Positions 11,890-24,744 of a stretch of DNA of 64,000 bases are shown here, piece after piece; the first letter of the stretch is position 1; each line of letters opens with the position of its first letter. Source of the stretch: Macrostomum lignano (taxonomy: Eukaryota); NCBI GenBank assembly GCA_002269645.1, contig NIVC01000162.1:434001-498000 (forward strand), read 5' to 3'. Made by a program: the position numbers and the translations under genes. Below the pieces are notes generated by a model that did not search any database, was not told the DNA's origin, and saw only the letters and a list, made by a program, of their open reading frames with translations.

Positions 11890-13122
11890 ATCATCCCAAT
11901 CTCACCTTGATAGATCCACAATCTCACCCCAAAATATCTAAAATCTAACCCTAAGAATCCACAATCTCGCTCCAAGAGATCCACAATCACACCTTGATAG
12001 ATCCACAATCTCTCTCCAAGAGATATAAAATCTCACCTGAGAGATTCACAGTCTCAACCTAAGAAACCGCAATGTCACTCTTAAAAGATCCACAACCTCA
12101 CCTTGAAAGATCCACAATCTTCTCTTGATAGATCCACAACCTCACCTTGAAAGATCCACAATCTCCTCTTGATAGATCCACAACCTCACCTTGAAAGATC
12201 CACAATCTCCTCCTGATAAGATCCACAACCTCACCTGAAAAGATCCACAATCTCACTTCAAGAGATCTACAATCTCACCCAAAGAGATCCCCAATCTCAC
12301 TCCAAGAGATCCACAATCTCACCCAAAGAGATCCCCAATCTCACCCAAAGAGATCCACAATCTCATCCAAAAATGCCCACAATCTCACCCAAAGAAATCC
12401 ACAATCTCATCCAAAAATGCCCACAATCTCACCCAAAGAGATCCACAATCTCACCCAAAGAGATCCACAATCTCACCCAAAGAGATCCACAATCTCATCC
12501 AAAAATGTCCACAATCTCACCCAAAGAGATCCACAATCTCACCCAAAGAGATCCACAATCTCACCCAAAGAGATCCACAATCTCACTCCAAGAGATCCAC
12601 AATCTCACTCCAAGAGATCCACAATCTCACTCTAAGAGATTCACAATCTCACCCAAAGAGATCCACAATCTCATCCAAAAATGTCCACAATCTCACCCAA
12701 AGAAATCTACAATCTCACCCAAAGAGATCCACAATCTCACCCAAAGAGATCCACAATCTCACCCAAAGAGATCCACAATCTCACTCCAAGAGATCCACAA
12801 TCTCACTCCAAGAGATCCACAATCTCACTCTAAGAGATTCACAATCTCACCCAAAGAGATCCACAATCTCATCCAAAAATGTCCACAATCTCACCCAAAG
12901 AAATCTACAATCTCACTCAAAGAGATCCACAATCTCACTCAAAGAGATTCAAAATCTCACTCCAAGAGATTCAAAATCTCACTCCAAGAGATCCACAATC
13001 TCACTCCAAGAGATCCAAAATCTCACCCAAAGAGATCCACAATCTCACTCCAAGAGATCCAAAATTTCACCCAAAGAGATCCACAATCTCACTCCAAGAG
13101 ATCCAACATCTCACCCAAAGAG
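11890..13122. repeat. 22-bp minisatellite CAATCTCACCCAAAGAGATCCA (left part)
   Basis: Directly visible; same core as the 20-bp intronic array. Confidence 0.95.
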
Positions 13123-13627
13123 AACTACGACAATTAACGCCCCAGTTTAACCGCCCAAATTTTGCGGCCGACAATTTCACCCAAAAATCTACTTACTTAT
13201 TTTGCCAATAAATTTCATTTATATTCCTTCACATTTAAACCACTAGCTACCTCTTGCAGCATGGTTCATTGCATTTTGCTGTAGCCCCTAAGCCACTTCA
13301 ACATTGAAAACTTTACAGTCTATTTTTACTTTGTACAGTCTGTACTATTTGTAGAGTCTGCAGTATAACTCTAAGGGATTTTTTACCAGAATATTTTCTG
13401 TTAGAACAGATCTTCCTCAAAAACCCTTCCTTAGAGTAATGTATAGTCAGTATGCATTTTTATAAACTATCTGGAAATTTCACCTCCTTAAAAAGTCTCA
13501 AATAACATAATAAGAGGTAGCATATTCACAGTTTTAAGAATAGCCACCCTTGCTGCAGAAAATAGGGTGATCAAATTGTTGGTCCCAAATATCCCGGTGA
13601 AATTGTGGCGGTCAATTGTCGGTTTCC
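13123..13627. mobile_element. putative non-autonomous TIR element inserted into the 22-bp satellite
   Basis: AT-rich non-satellite insert bounded by imperfect inverted ends (CGACAATT 13128-13135 vs AATTGTCG 13614-13621) with internal ACAATTTCACC sub-repeats at both ends. The satellite resumes in register afterwards. Confidence 0.5.
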
Positions 13628-14420
13628 CCCAAAGAGATCTACAATCTCACCCAAAGAGATCCACAATCTTACCCAAAAAGATACACAATCTCACCCAAAG
13701 AGATCCACAATCTCACCCAAAGAGATCCACAATCTCACTCAAAGAGCTCCATAATCTCACCCAAAGAGATCTACAATCTCACCCAAAGAGATCTACAAAC
13801 TCACCCAAAGAGATCCACAATCTAACTCAAAGAGATCCACAATCTCATCCAAAAATGTCCACAATCTCACCCAAAGAGATCCACAATCTCACTCAAAGAA
13901 CTCCATAATCTCACCCAAAGAGATCCACAATCTCACCCAAAGAGCTCCACAAACTCACTCAAAGAGCTCCATAATCTCACCCAAAGAGATCCACAATCTC
14001 ATCCAAAGAGATCTACAATCTCACCCAAAGAGATCTACAATCTCACCCAAAGAGCTCTACAATCTCACCCAAAGAGCTCCATAATCTCACTCAAAGAGCT
14101 CCACAATCTCACCCAAAGAGATCTACAATCTCATCCAAAGAGATCTACAATCTCACCCAAAGAGATCCACAATCTCACCCAAAGAGCTCCACAATCTCAC
14201 TCAAAGAGCTCCATAATCTCACCCAAAGAGATCCACAATCTCACCCAAAAAGATACACAATCTCACCCAAAGAGATCCACAATCTCACCCAAAGAGATCC
14301 ACAAACTCACCCAAAGAGCTCCACAATCTCACCCAAAGAGATCCACAATCTCAACCAAAGAGATCCACAATCTCACCCAAAGAGATCTACAATCTCACCC
14401 CAAGAGATCTAAAATCCCTC
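13628..14420. repeat. 22-bp minisatellite (right part)
   Basis: Same unit as 11890-13122. Confidence 0.95.
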
Positions 14421-15073
14421 TGCAAGAGATCCACCATCTCAACTTGAAAGATCCCTAATCCCACCCGAAAAAGTTCCCAATCTCACTACGAGATGCCTCC
14501 TGTCTCACCCAAGAGACCTCCAATCTCACAGCAACTCCCGCTGGAATCAGTCTATGGATAGGAGGGCGGTGCGAAGTGAAACAATAGCGGCTATAGTCAA
14601 GTGCCCAGTCATACCCTGGCTTCCAGTCCGCTGGACCACTCCCTAGCACAAAAATATTGGAGCTCCACCTCTCTTCAGTGCCCCATTCAATCTGTGCGTT
14701 GCGAGAGCCGCCCCAAAATTTGAATAGAGTATCAATCCTGAGGGTGCTGATTGCTAATTGCCGGTGCGCTTACGCCTAACCGAGTGTCCCGCCTCCGCAC
14801 CTGTGTCTCATTCTGGTCCTCAGCTCCACCCACCTCTTCAGCTCGGAGCTCCGCCTGTGCCGCCTCCGCCTTTGGCCGCTACGCGTTGTTCAGCCCTTCA
14901 GGCGGTCTCACGCGAGCCGTGTCCCCCCGCCCTGCCCCCAATTTTCCCTGCCTCTCTCGGGTGCTTTCTAAATATCGTTTGCAAAATCTTGCTTTTCTCA
15001 TGACCATTTTAATCCATATCTGCCGTTCTATGCGCTCATTTTCTATGTTTAAAATCAGTCTCCACTTATTGCC

Positions 15074-15410
15074 CTCTTCCCCTCTTCCCCTCTTCCCCTC
15101 TTCCCCTCTTCCCCTCTTCCCCTCTTCCCCTCTTCCCCTCTTCCCCTCTTCCCCTCTTTCCCTCTTTCCCTCCGCCCTCTTCCCCTCTTTCCCTCTTCCC
15201 CTCTTTCCCTCTTCCCCTCTTCCCCTCTTCCCCTCCGCCCTCATCCCCTCTTCCCCTCTTCCCCTCCGCCCTCTTCCCCTCCGCCCTCTTCCCCTCTTTC
15301 CCTCTTCCCCTCTTTCCCTCTTCCCCTCTTCCCCTCTTCCCCTCCGCCCTCATCCCCTCTTCCCCTCTTCCCCTCCGCCCTCCTTCCCTCTTCCAATTCT
15401 CCCTCCTTCC
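15074..15410. repeat. polypyrimidine (CCCTCTTC)n tract
   Basis: Roughly 330 bp of nearly pure C/T on the + strand. Confidence 0.9.
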
Positions 15411-15708
15411 ACTCTGGCCTTCTTGCCCTATTCTTACTACGGAATAGTATTCTATTAATTACATGTCTTAGATTTTAATCATTTTGGCCCCATATATATA
15501 TATATTATTTTCAAGGGACACTTCACTGTTTCTTTTTCAACGGCTTCATCAAAATGACTATGTGAATTGAGCCTGTCCCCGCGCACATTCGGTACATTTT
15601 AAGCAGTGGATACACTGCGGCATGCTGTGCTCAAATCACTCCAGCGATTGAACTGGAGTTCCGTTTCCCCGTTGGCTCGGTGAATCAGCCGTACTTTCCT
15701 CGTAATTA

Positions 15709-16335
15709 TTGGTTGCTGCATTGGTTGCCGATTCAAGTATTGGTTGCCGATTCAAGTATTGGTTGCCGATTCAAGTATTGGTTGCCGATTCAAGTATTGG
15801 TTGCCGATTCAAGTATTGGTTGCCGATTCAAGTATTGGTTGCCGATTCAAGTATTGGTTGCCGATTCAAGTATTGGTTGCCGATTCAAGTATTGGTTGCC
15901 GATTCAAGTATTGGTTGCCGATTCAAGTATTGGTTGCCGATTCAAGTATTGGTTGCCGATTCAAGTATTGGTTGCCGATTCAAGTATTGGTTGCCGATTC
16001 AAGTATTGGTTGCCGATTCAAGTATTGGTTGCCGATTCAAGTATTGGTTGCCGATTCAAGTATTGGTTGCCGATTCAAGTATTGGTTGCCGATTCAAGTA
16101 TTGGTTGCCGATTCAAGTATTGGTTGCCGATTCAAGTATTGGTTGCCGATTCAAGTATTGGTTGCCGATTCAAGTATTGGTTGCCGATTCAAGTATTGGT
16201 TGCCGATTCAAGTATTGGTTGCCGATTCAAGTATTGGTTGCCGATTCAAGTATTGGTTGCCGATTCAAGTATTGGTTGCCGATTCAAGTATTGGTTGCCG
16301 ATTCAAGTATTGGTTGCCGATTCAAGTATTGGTTG
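15709..16335. repeat. 19-bp minisatellite ATTCAAGTATTGGTTGCCG, ~32 identical copies
   Basis: Period of 19 nt; explains the three overlapping WLPIQVLVADSSIGCRFKY ORFs. Confidence 0.97.
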
Positions 16336-16547
16336 TCACCTTCAACTGCCAAGCTGGCGGACTGGGCTGTATTCAAATTCATTTCATAATCTAACACTTT
16401 CTGAATGACAACTTTCAACATTGGTTTTAATGGACTTGATCATTTTCTAATTTGGTATTTTCAAGATCATGTACGTTATGAATTACATTATAAATTGAGT
16501 ACTGTCTCAATTTAGATAATTTCCCAATCTGTTACTTTCCTCGTCAG

Positions 16548-17280
16548 GTCCTTTCTTAATAAGATACTTTCTTGATCAGGTACTTTCTTGATCAGGTGCT
16601 TTCTTGATCAGGTACTTTCTTGATCAGGTACTTTCTTAATCAGGTACTTTCTTAATCAGGTACTTTCTTGATCAGGTACTTTCTTGATCAGGTACTTTCT
16701 TAATCAGGTACTTTCTTGATCAGGTACTTTCTTGATCAGGTACTTTCTTGATCAGGTACTTTCTTGATCAGGTACTATCTTGATCAGGTACTTTCTTGAT
16801 CAGGTACTTTCTTAATCAGGTACTTTCTTAATCAGGTACTTTCTTGATCAGGTACTTTCTTTATCAGGTACTTTCTTTATCAGGTACTTTCTTAATCAGG
16901 TACTTTCTTGATCAGGTACTTTCTTGATCAGGTACTTTCTTAATCAGATACTTTCTTGATCAGGTACTTTCTTAATCAGATACTTTCTTGATCAGGTACT
17001 TTCTTGATCAGGTACTTTCTTGATCAGGTACTTTCTTGATCAGGTACTTTCTTAATCAGATACTTTCTTGATCAGGTACTTTCTTAATCAGATACTTTCT
17101 TGATCAGGTACTTTCTTGATCAGGTACTTTCTTGATCAGGTACTTTCTTGATCAGGTACTTTCTTGATCAGGTACTTTCTTAATCAGATACTTTCTTAAT
17201 CAGGTACTTTCTTAATCAGATACTTTCTTAATCAGATCCTTTCTTAATCAGATACTTTCTTGATCAGGTACTTTCTTAGT
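16548..17280. repeat. 16-bp minisatellite TACTTTCTT(G/A)ATCAGG
   Basis: About 45 copies, directly visible. Confidence 0.95.
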
Positions 17281-18039
17281 CGCTTACCATACAGAATACT
17301 TGCTAAATTCAGTTCGAGATTCTCAGCCGAGAATCCAACACGTCTTGATCCCTGCCACTGCCATTTGCCTCAGTTGCCATCCACAATCGAACTCACAAAC
17401 GCCGACTGTCGAGTGCAATCGGGATGCGGTAGTTCACCTGACAAATGACCCAACCTGAGCTTTTTCCCCTCAAAAGTCTGGCAGCTCATGAATACATAAT
17501 GATGCCTGGCATGCGCTACCATCATCTTCTTGACGGCTATCGCCAACAATGATCTCTCGGTTCTGAGAGGCGCGGACAGGTAATATTGTATGTCATCAAT
17601 TAAAATCAAAATATATACAAACCCGCCTCTGCCGGGCCCCATCACCCCTAGGGGTAGGCGAGTTCGATGCTCGGTTGGCAACAAGAACTCGAAGCCTCCA
17701 GGTGAAAACCTATGGCTAATGTCTATTTTTTTTCTCTCGATGGGTATCGCCTTGATTTTTCCCGCGCGCGCGCGCTTGTCAAGTGGGGTCGAGTCGGGGC
17801 GTCGGTGGGTTCTACATTTTTCATCCAACGATTCATCTTTCATAAATTCGAGCGAGATGTCTGCTAACCCCCCCCCCGCTCGTCCCGCCCCCTTGCCGCC
17901 CCGCCTCAATTATCTCAGCTCTGCATCAATAATGTTGCTGTTTGGAGTGGCAAAGAGTTTACCCAAATTTTTTATTCTCTGCAGAATTCTGTCTGCATCA
18001 TTTCTTATAGACATAACAGGACTGTTTTGTCTTTAGTTT

Positions 18040-18440
18040 CAATCATTCAATTCCCATTCGGTTTCTCCCTTTATTTCTCATTTTATTCCCCATTCTATTT
18101 TTCATTCGATTGCTTATTCCATTTCTCATTATATTTCTTATTCTATTTCTCATTCTATTAGCTACTCCCTCTATTTATTACTCTATTTCTCACTCTACTT
18201 CTCATTTTATTTCCCACTCTATTTCTCATTCTATTTTCCCATTCTATTTCCCACTCTATTTCTCATTCTATTTCCCTATTCTGTTTCGCATTCAATTTCT
18301 CCATCTATTCCTCTTTTTATTTCTCATTCTATTTCTCATTCTATTCCTTATTCTATTTCCTCATTCTATTTCGCATTCGATTTCTCCATCTATTCCTCAT
18401 TCTATTTCTCATTCTACTTCCTCTTTTATTTCCCATTCCA
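18040..18440. repeat. low-complexity (TATTTCTCATTC)-like tract
   Basis: Degenerate ~12-bp units. Confidence 0.7.
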
Positions 18441-18890
18441 TTCGCCACACGGATATCAGATTCCAGCTACTTTTTTGTCGCACAGCCTCCGTTATTGTTC
18501 GCCCCAGCATCCTCATTCAGTTCATATTCTCGAAGGCGGGCGCGATCAGCCAATATAAGATCAGCTTCGTGCGTGCAGATCGAGGCGCCTCGTGCCCACC
18601 TGCACAGCACTGGACCGCAGCTTTGGTGCCAGTTTAGGCTTCATTACGGCTGCGTGCGCTCCAACCCGCCGGTCTGGAACGCCTTCCCATCCGTGCCCCT
18701 GACTGCTCCTGGTCACGGCTGGCTGGCTCGATCGGCCTCGCCAATTGATGTCCATAGGAAGTATTTATGGCCAGTGTAGTCTAACTTTTCTCTTCCTTCA
18801 GGCGGTGTTCGACTGTCTTGCTGTTGCACCTTGGGTATCAGGTTGCATGCTGAGTGCCTGACCAGGCTCTGCGTCAGAAAGTCTGATTAT

Positions 18891-19315
<425 letters not shown>

Positions 19316-19779
19316 ATAAAGCAACATGTGACAAGTCTGTCGCTGCTAAGCAGTGCTGTGGAGCCAGACAATGTGCACTGTAACTGCCTGCCAGTCATAT
19401 GACAGTTAGGCTTGACCTCAACTCAACACGCAGGAATCGCGAGTGATTGACAAGTATAGCGGGACAGCTCGAGTTTTAATTATTTCGAGGGACATGTACC
19501 TGAGGAACAGCAGAGTTTATTTCACGCGGCATCCCGCAGCGACAGATGAAGTTATTGAATACTTAATTGATATTACAACAACAGCAATTGGCGCTGGTCC
19601 CCATCATAAATACACCACAAGCTGCTGCATAAGCGTGCGATGAGTTTGACAGAAGCTCAGTCTCTGGGACACTCGCTGTCTATGTCTTGAAGCTGCGAAC
19701 TTCTTTATAAAGAATTTATTATGCTACATATGAGTATGACACGATAGTAGGATAATCATACGCAAAAAGAATCTCTATC

Positions 19780-20947
19780 ATGTCCAGTGTACATGCGGAT
19801 GCCGAAGACGGCTCTAACACCGCAGCCCTCCAGCAGCCGCAGCACCTGGTGTTCGTGTACGGCACCCTGAAGTCCGGCCAGCCTAATAACGCACGCCTGC
19901 TTGAGTACATGGACTCGGATATTAGTGTCGTTGGCAAGGCCGTCACCAGGTACCCATATCCGCTGGTGCTTGCCACTGACTACAATGTGCCCTTCCTGAT
20001 TAACGAGATCTGCTACACGGCCAAGGTATTTTTTACGGTTTGATGGACAGGTAGCCATGCAGATAGGTAGATAGGTTGATAGATTGATACATTCGATTGA
20101 TAGTGGGGCGGAGCAGCGGTGAACGCGTCTGACTCTCGCCTAACGACCCCTGGTTCGATTCCATGAGGCCCCATGAGGCCAACCCCCATTGCACAGAGAG
20201 AGTACGTGTACATGCCTGACGATTGGAAAGTCAGGGCCGATGTACACCCAGTATGAGCGTGTGCATGAATGCGTGCCTGCGTACTGTATTGGCGCGGCGG
20301 TACGAGTTATGCGAGTTGAAATAGATTGGTAGATTAAGTAATTGATATTCTTTACTTTTGGATTGATTGAGAGATTGATAAGTGTCTGACAAAACCAAAT
20401 TTAGCATCAATCGATGGCGTTCCGAGTTATCTTTCACTTTGGCTGATGCATACAATCTATGTGCGATATTTATTTTACTCTTACTTTCTCGAGTTGGCTA
20501 CTTTAAGTAGAAGAATGCGATCCGGTTTTTACTATCGAATAATTGCCAGAGAGTGAGCGGCGAGCTATTCAGCGTCTCCAGCCACGCGTTGGCCTTCCTC
20601 GACTACGTCGAGTCCACGCCCACGCTCTACTGCGCGAGCGCATCGAGGTGGACCTTCAGATCGCGACCGCTGCTGATCCGCCAGACGACGTTGCTAGTTC
20701 GGCAGAAACCGGCCAGCCGGGCAAACAGCCTTCGGAGCTCATGGACTCGGCGGCGTCCGTTGAATCCCGCTGGTGCTGGTGCTACTTCCTGGCGCATCAT
20801 AATCCCAATCTGGTGGCGCCGCCGTTTTATAGCGAGTACGACAGCGCCAAGACCCCGATGAGGCTCAACATCCAGTCGCTGACTCAGCAAGATGAGGAAC
20901 AGATAAAACGCGTCATCGCCAAGGAGGTGCAGATCATGCCGATGTGA
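19780..20947 (+). CDS. GGACT: gamma-glutamylamine cyclotransferase (AIG2/GGCT fold); exons 19780-20025 and 20550-20947, 1-nt deletion at ~20630
   Basis: HLVFVYGTLKSGQPN, YPLVLATDYNVPFL, VSGELFSV..LAFLDYVES.PTLY, then after a 1-nt shift RERIEV..WCYFL..LVAPPFYSEYDS. Donor AAG|GTATTT at 20026 and acceptor GCCAG| at 20549, phase 0. Confidence 0.88.
20103..20280 (+). mobile_element. tRNA-derived SINE-like element in the GGACT intron
   Basis: A-box-like GGGGCGGAGCAGCGG and B-box GGTTCGATTCC at 20152-20162, without a full cloverleaf. The body 20190-20262 is repeated at 31761-31828. Confidence 0.55.
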
Positions 20948-22090
20948 AACCCGATTTGCGCTTTTAGCACGCTGGGCTGAAGATTTATGTTTTATTGTAT
21001 AATATAGTGTTTTAAATTTCTATAGCTTTACAGTAATTTTTGCGAATTGTGAATTTCATACAAGGTACACGTTAACAAGAACAGAAAGAATAAAACAACG
21101 CTGCAACGCAGCTGGCACAACAGCTGTAATTATCGCTGATGTGTCTTAGAGTGAAAAATAATGACTTGAAGAAACCACTAAAATGGCAGCTACTAAAGTG
21201 GCAGCTATCTTTACGAGGGATTTTACACTGCATGAAAATTACACAAATGAATATCGAGCGCGGCTCGATCTTGTCAATCTGGAATTAAGGGGAGCAACTT
21301 TTAACAGCTGCTTGAGCTGAACCACGTCAGTGATTTTTTGTATGTTTTCACACATTTATCATAAAATTTTGCCAAATAGAATGATAAAAAAATCAAGTCA
21401 AAGTGGCCCGTCAAAACTAAAATATCAAATTTATATTTGTTTTTAAAAACGCCCTGCATAAAATTTATGCAGGGCAAAAATCACAATCGTTATAACGTAT
21501 CCATTTTCTGACAAGTAAAAAAATATTCAAACAAATAGCCATTAAAAGTTAACTTTGCATTAAAACGAACATCTGACTACTGATATATACAACTAATTGA
21601 GGATATAAAAATCGATTGAATAACGCGAAGTTATGAAACTGATAAATAAAAGCTTGCGGATTTTTAAATCTATTTATGTGTAAATAATAACAAACACTTT
21701 TTTATTCAGCTAATAAAGCTTGTTTCTGGTGTGCAAAAAGCGACATTTATTTTAGTTGAACTTCATATTTGCAAACTATAACGCATGTATGTGAATATTT
21801 TAGATTATTTTTGTAAATTTGAAAGACATTTTGCTGCAAAATGCCAGCTATTTGCGAAGTAAGTTACGTGCGTCAGTGGGGTCAGTGCAAGATGCTTTAC
21901 AAAGATAATTTTTTATGATTTTGTTTTTATTGGAAGATTTATTTGACTACTTTTTTAATGCTAAAAATCCTGAAATCTAATGCAATTATGCAACCAGTAT
22001 GGATTTTAAGCAGAATTATCGGACTTGCTCGCTAATCATGAGTTTACAACAGAACATGGTGTCGCGGACTGTCGCCGAGTCGGATGCCGA

Positions 22091-22384
22091 GATGGCAATG
22101 GCTAGAGTTCCGGCACCGGAACCCGTTTTCTAGCGGCTATGGATCTGGCAGTGCCATTATAATATAGACAGAACATTATATTTTTCTTTCTACAGGTGGC
22201 TGATATTGAGATTTCGTTCTATATAAGATTTAAGACATGATAAGATTCGAAACAAGATGCTTCTAATGCTCAGACTTCTTAAGATATGTTCTTAGTAGTG
22301 TTTTCATATGCTTTTATATGGCACTGCTGGATCCATAGCTGTTAGAAAATGGGTTCCGGTGCTGGAACTCTAGCCATTGCCATC
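22091..22384. mobile_element. MITE with ~70-bp TIRs (GATGGCAATGGCTAGAGTTCC...)
   Basis: 22091-22160 is the near-exact reverse complement of ~22315-22384. Confidence 0.8.
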
Positions 22385-24523
22385 GGAGATACTAGACTAG
22401 AATTAGGTCAATCAGATTCAGTTATTATGAAGGCATGCCAATGAATTTATATAGACAATAGGTAGGCCAACAATAATCATGTATATGTAAACCTAAGCTC
22501 ATGAGTATAAGTCTGTGGCCATATAGTATGTCCAATAAATAGAAATAATTTTATTGATTAGAAAATTCTATTTTTCCATGGCATTGTTTGCATTATGAAT
22601 AGCTTTGCCTATGTTAGGCCCTATGTAATTATTTTGTGATTTATTACCATTTGCTAGGTAATGGTTGTTTGAGAGCTTTTAATATATAATATAATTCTCT
22701 TCTATTGACCAAATTAAATTTTTACCTTATGATATGAACTAGGCCTAGGCCTATGCCTAATTTAATCAATATCCCTAAACTAAGAGGGTCAATTTTTTGT
22801 TTTTGATAATTGATAATATAAGAATATTGGCTTATTGTAGCTAGGAAAGGAAAGTAGCCAGATAGAAAAAAAATAGACATTCTATAAGCTTATACCATAC
22901 TCAGGAAGGTGGCCTGCACGCGGGAATTTTCCCGCGTGCACAAGCCACGCTAAAATTTTGGCGTGCAAAGTTGGCGTGCAAATAGGGGTCTCAAGCCACG
23001 CCTAAATTTTCAGCGTACAAGTTTTTTACTTGGCGTGTAACCTTGGCGTGCAATTACAAACTGACAGTATATCAACAAGTCAGATATAGATGTATACACT
23101 ATATATATATAATATATAAAGTTAAACGTGAACAATTGAATTTGAATATTGATTAAACCAACTAGTTGAGGCTACAGCCTAGCCTACAGCCAGGCCAACA
23201 CTCTATAGCCTACATTAAAATTAAAATATCCAATAACTTTTAAATGCTCTTATTTTGTGACTCTTGTAGATTTTTAGTTTATTTGTTTCTTGAAATGTGA
23301 AGAAAAAGTTTTTGATACTAACTATGTTCTTTGTAGCAAATTTCCTTTTTTTATATAAACTTTGTTTAAGGTAAGTAGAAAATTTATTTAAAAATAGTAT
23401 CTAATATGGTTAATATTTAAATCACACGTATATGAGGCGTACATGATTTTTGGTATTCAAGATTTTTGGCATGCAACAGAAACCTTATGTTAAAGGTTTT
23501 AAAAAATTGGCGTACATTGGCGTGCACCACGGATTTTTCTATAAATTGATTCCTGCATGCACTTGCAACCTTCCTGACTATGGAGCTTATAGACTATTGA
23601 GGTGGGGCAGAGAAAATTTTCTTGGAATTCCTCAGTTTGAATTTGGTTTGCTGACACCAATGAGATGGGTGAATTCTGCATTTGAATTGCTGCCGACGTT
23701 GAGTTCGCACAAGTTAAATTCGGAAATCGCGCAGACAAATCACAACGAAAGTCTTTTTTTCCTGTTTTACTCCAACTGCCAGGGTCCTCAATTCCGGGGG
23801 GAGGGTAGTTGAATTCTCAGAGCTTTCTTTGAGATGAGAACTTTTGGTTGTTTTATGTCCCACGGGCAAATGACTCAGAATAAAGCTATGGGCTTAATGA
23901 ACGAACTGTTGAATTTAATTAAGTTGTTGTTTATTAACATTGATAATAATGTGGAATAAATAGTAGTTATTGTTTGAGAGTCGGCCTACAGCGATAATGA
24001 ATCCGGCGTGCCAGTGCAGGATAAGCTAAAGTCTAAATGTAAAAGTAAGCAAGTATGAGAAGAGGCAAAACAAGAAAAGCAATAGAGAAAAGGATAAAAC
24101 ACGAAAGCATGAAAATTTAGGCATCAATTTTGCCGTATAAGTAGTATAAAAAATCTTGCCAGGGGGTGGGGCACCCGTGGAAGCAGTAGGTAAAAATTGC
24201 ATTATCACTACTGGATCCCTCCACTGGCCATAACTCAAGCAATGACAAAATTGAGAAAACGAGACATTTGCTTCGCGTGGGGCCGCAGTTGGGGCATAAC
24301 ATGGGGGACAAAACACCAGGTAGGGCAGCACATGGGCCATCCAGTGGCATGACATCAAGAAACACGGAGAATTCATGCCAAAACAAATTAAATTTGAAAT
24401 ATTAAAGAAAATGGTCACAAACTTCAAGCAAAACTGATGAGCAAAAATAGGAGGGGGATTTACTGGGGCAAAATTCAATTCACCAGTTCTTTCAAACCTT
24501 CGTGGTAGACGCCACTACCACAC

Positions 24524-24733
24524 TATAGCAATGGCACTAGTGCTAACTATTATTTAAGCAAGTAATGTAAGGCAGAAGTATAGATTGGGCTTATCTAGTT
24601 CCTAATCTTGCCAGTGCTCTCTACTACCTCTGTCTTTGGACATGGTACTAGTATTTGAAAAGTTGCAATATAGTCACTTGGCAGCCCTGGTTTTAGAAGG
24701 GCTAGCACTGGCATTGGTATTGCCATTGCTATA
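24524..24733. mobile_element. small MITE with 13-bp perfect TIR TATAGCAATGGCA
   Basis: TIR at 24524-24536 and its reverse complement at 24721-24733. Confidence 0.55.
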
Positions 24734-24744
24734 AGCCATTAGTA

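Noticed and set aside
14751-15060. GC-rich patch with ORFs on both strands
   Set aside because: No recognisable domain or consistent splice sites.
17300-18780. Exon-like GC-richer patches (17300-17580 and 18480-18780)
   Set aside because: No open frame with consistent splice phases and no motif I can name.
20103-20172. Intact tRNA gene
   Set aside because: A and B boxes are present but I could not build convincing anticodon and acceptor stems; treated as a SINE head.
20206-20247. Possible hammerhead ribozyme or SECIS (CTGACGA..GAAA)
   Set aside because: Only 3 nt separate CTGACGA and GAAA, and CCTGAC pairs with GTCAGG, which is incompatible with the hammerhead three-way junction; there is no ATGA/GA SECIS core.
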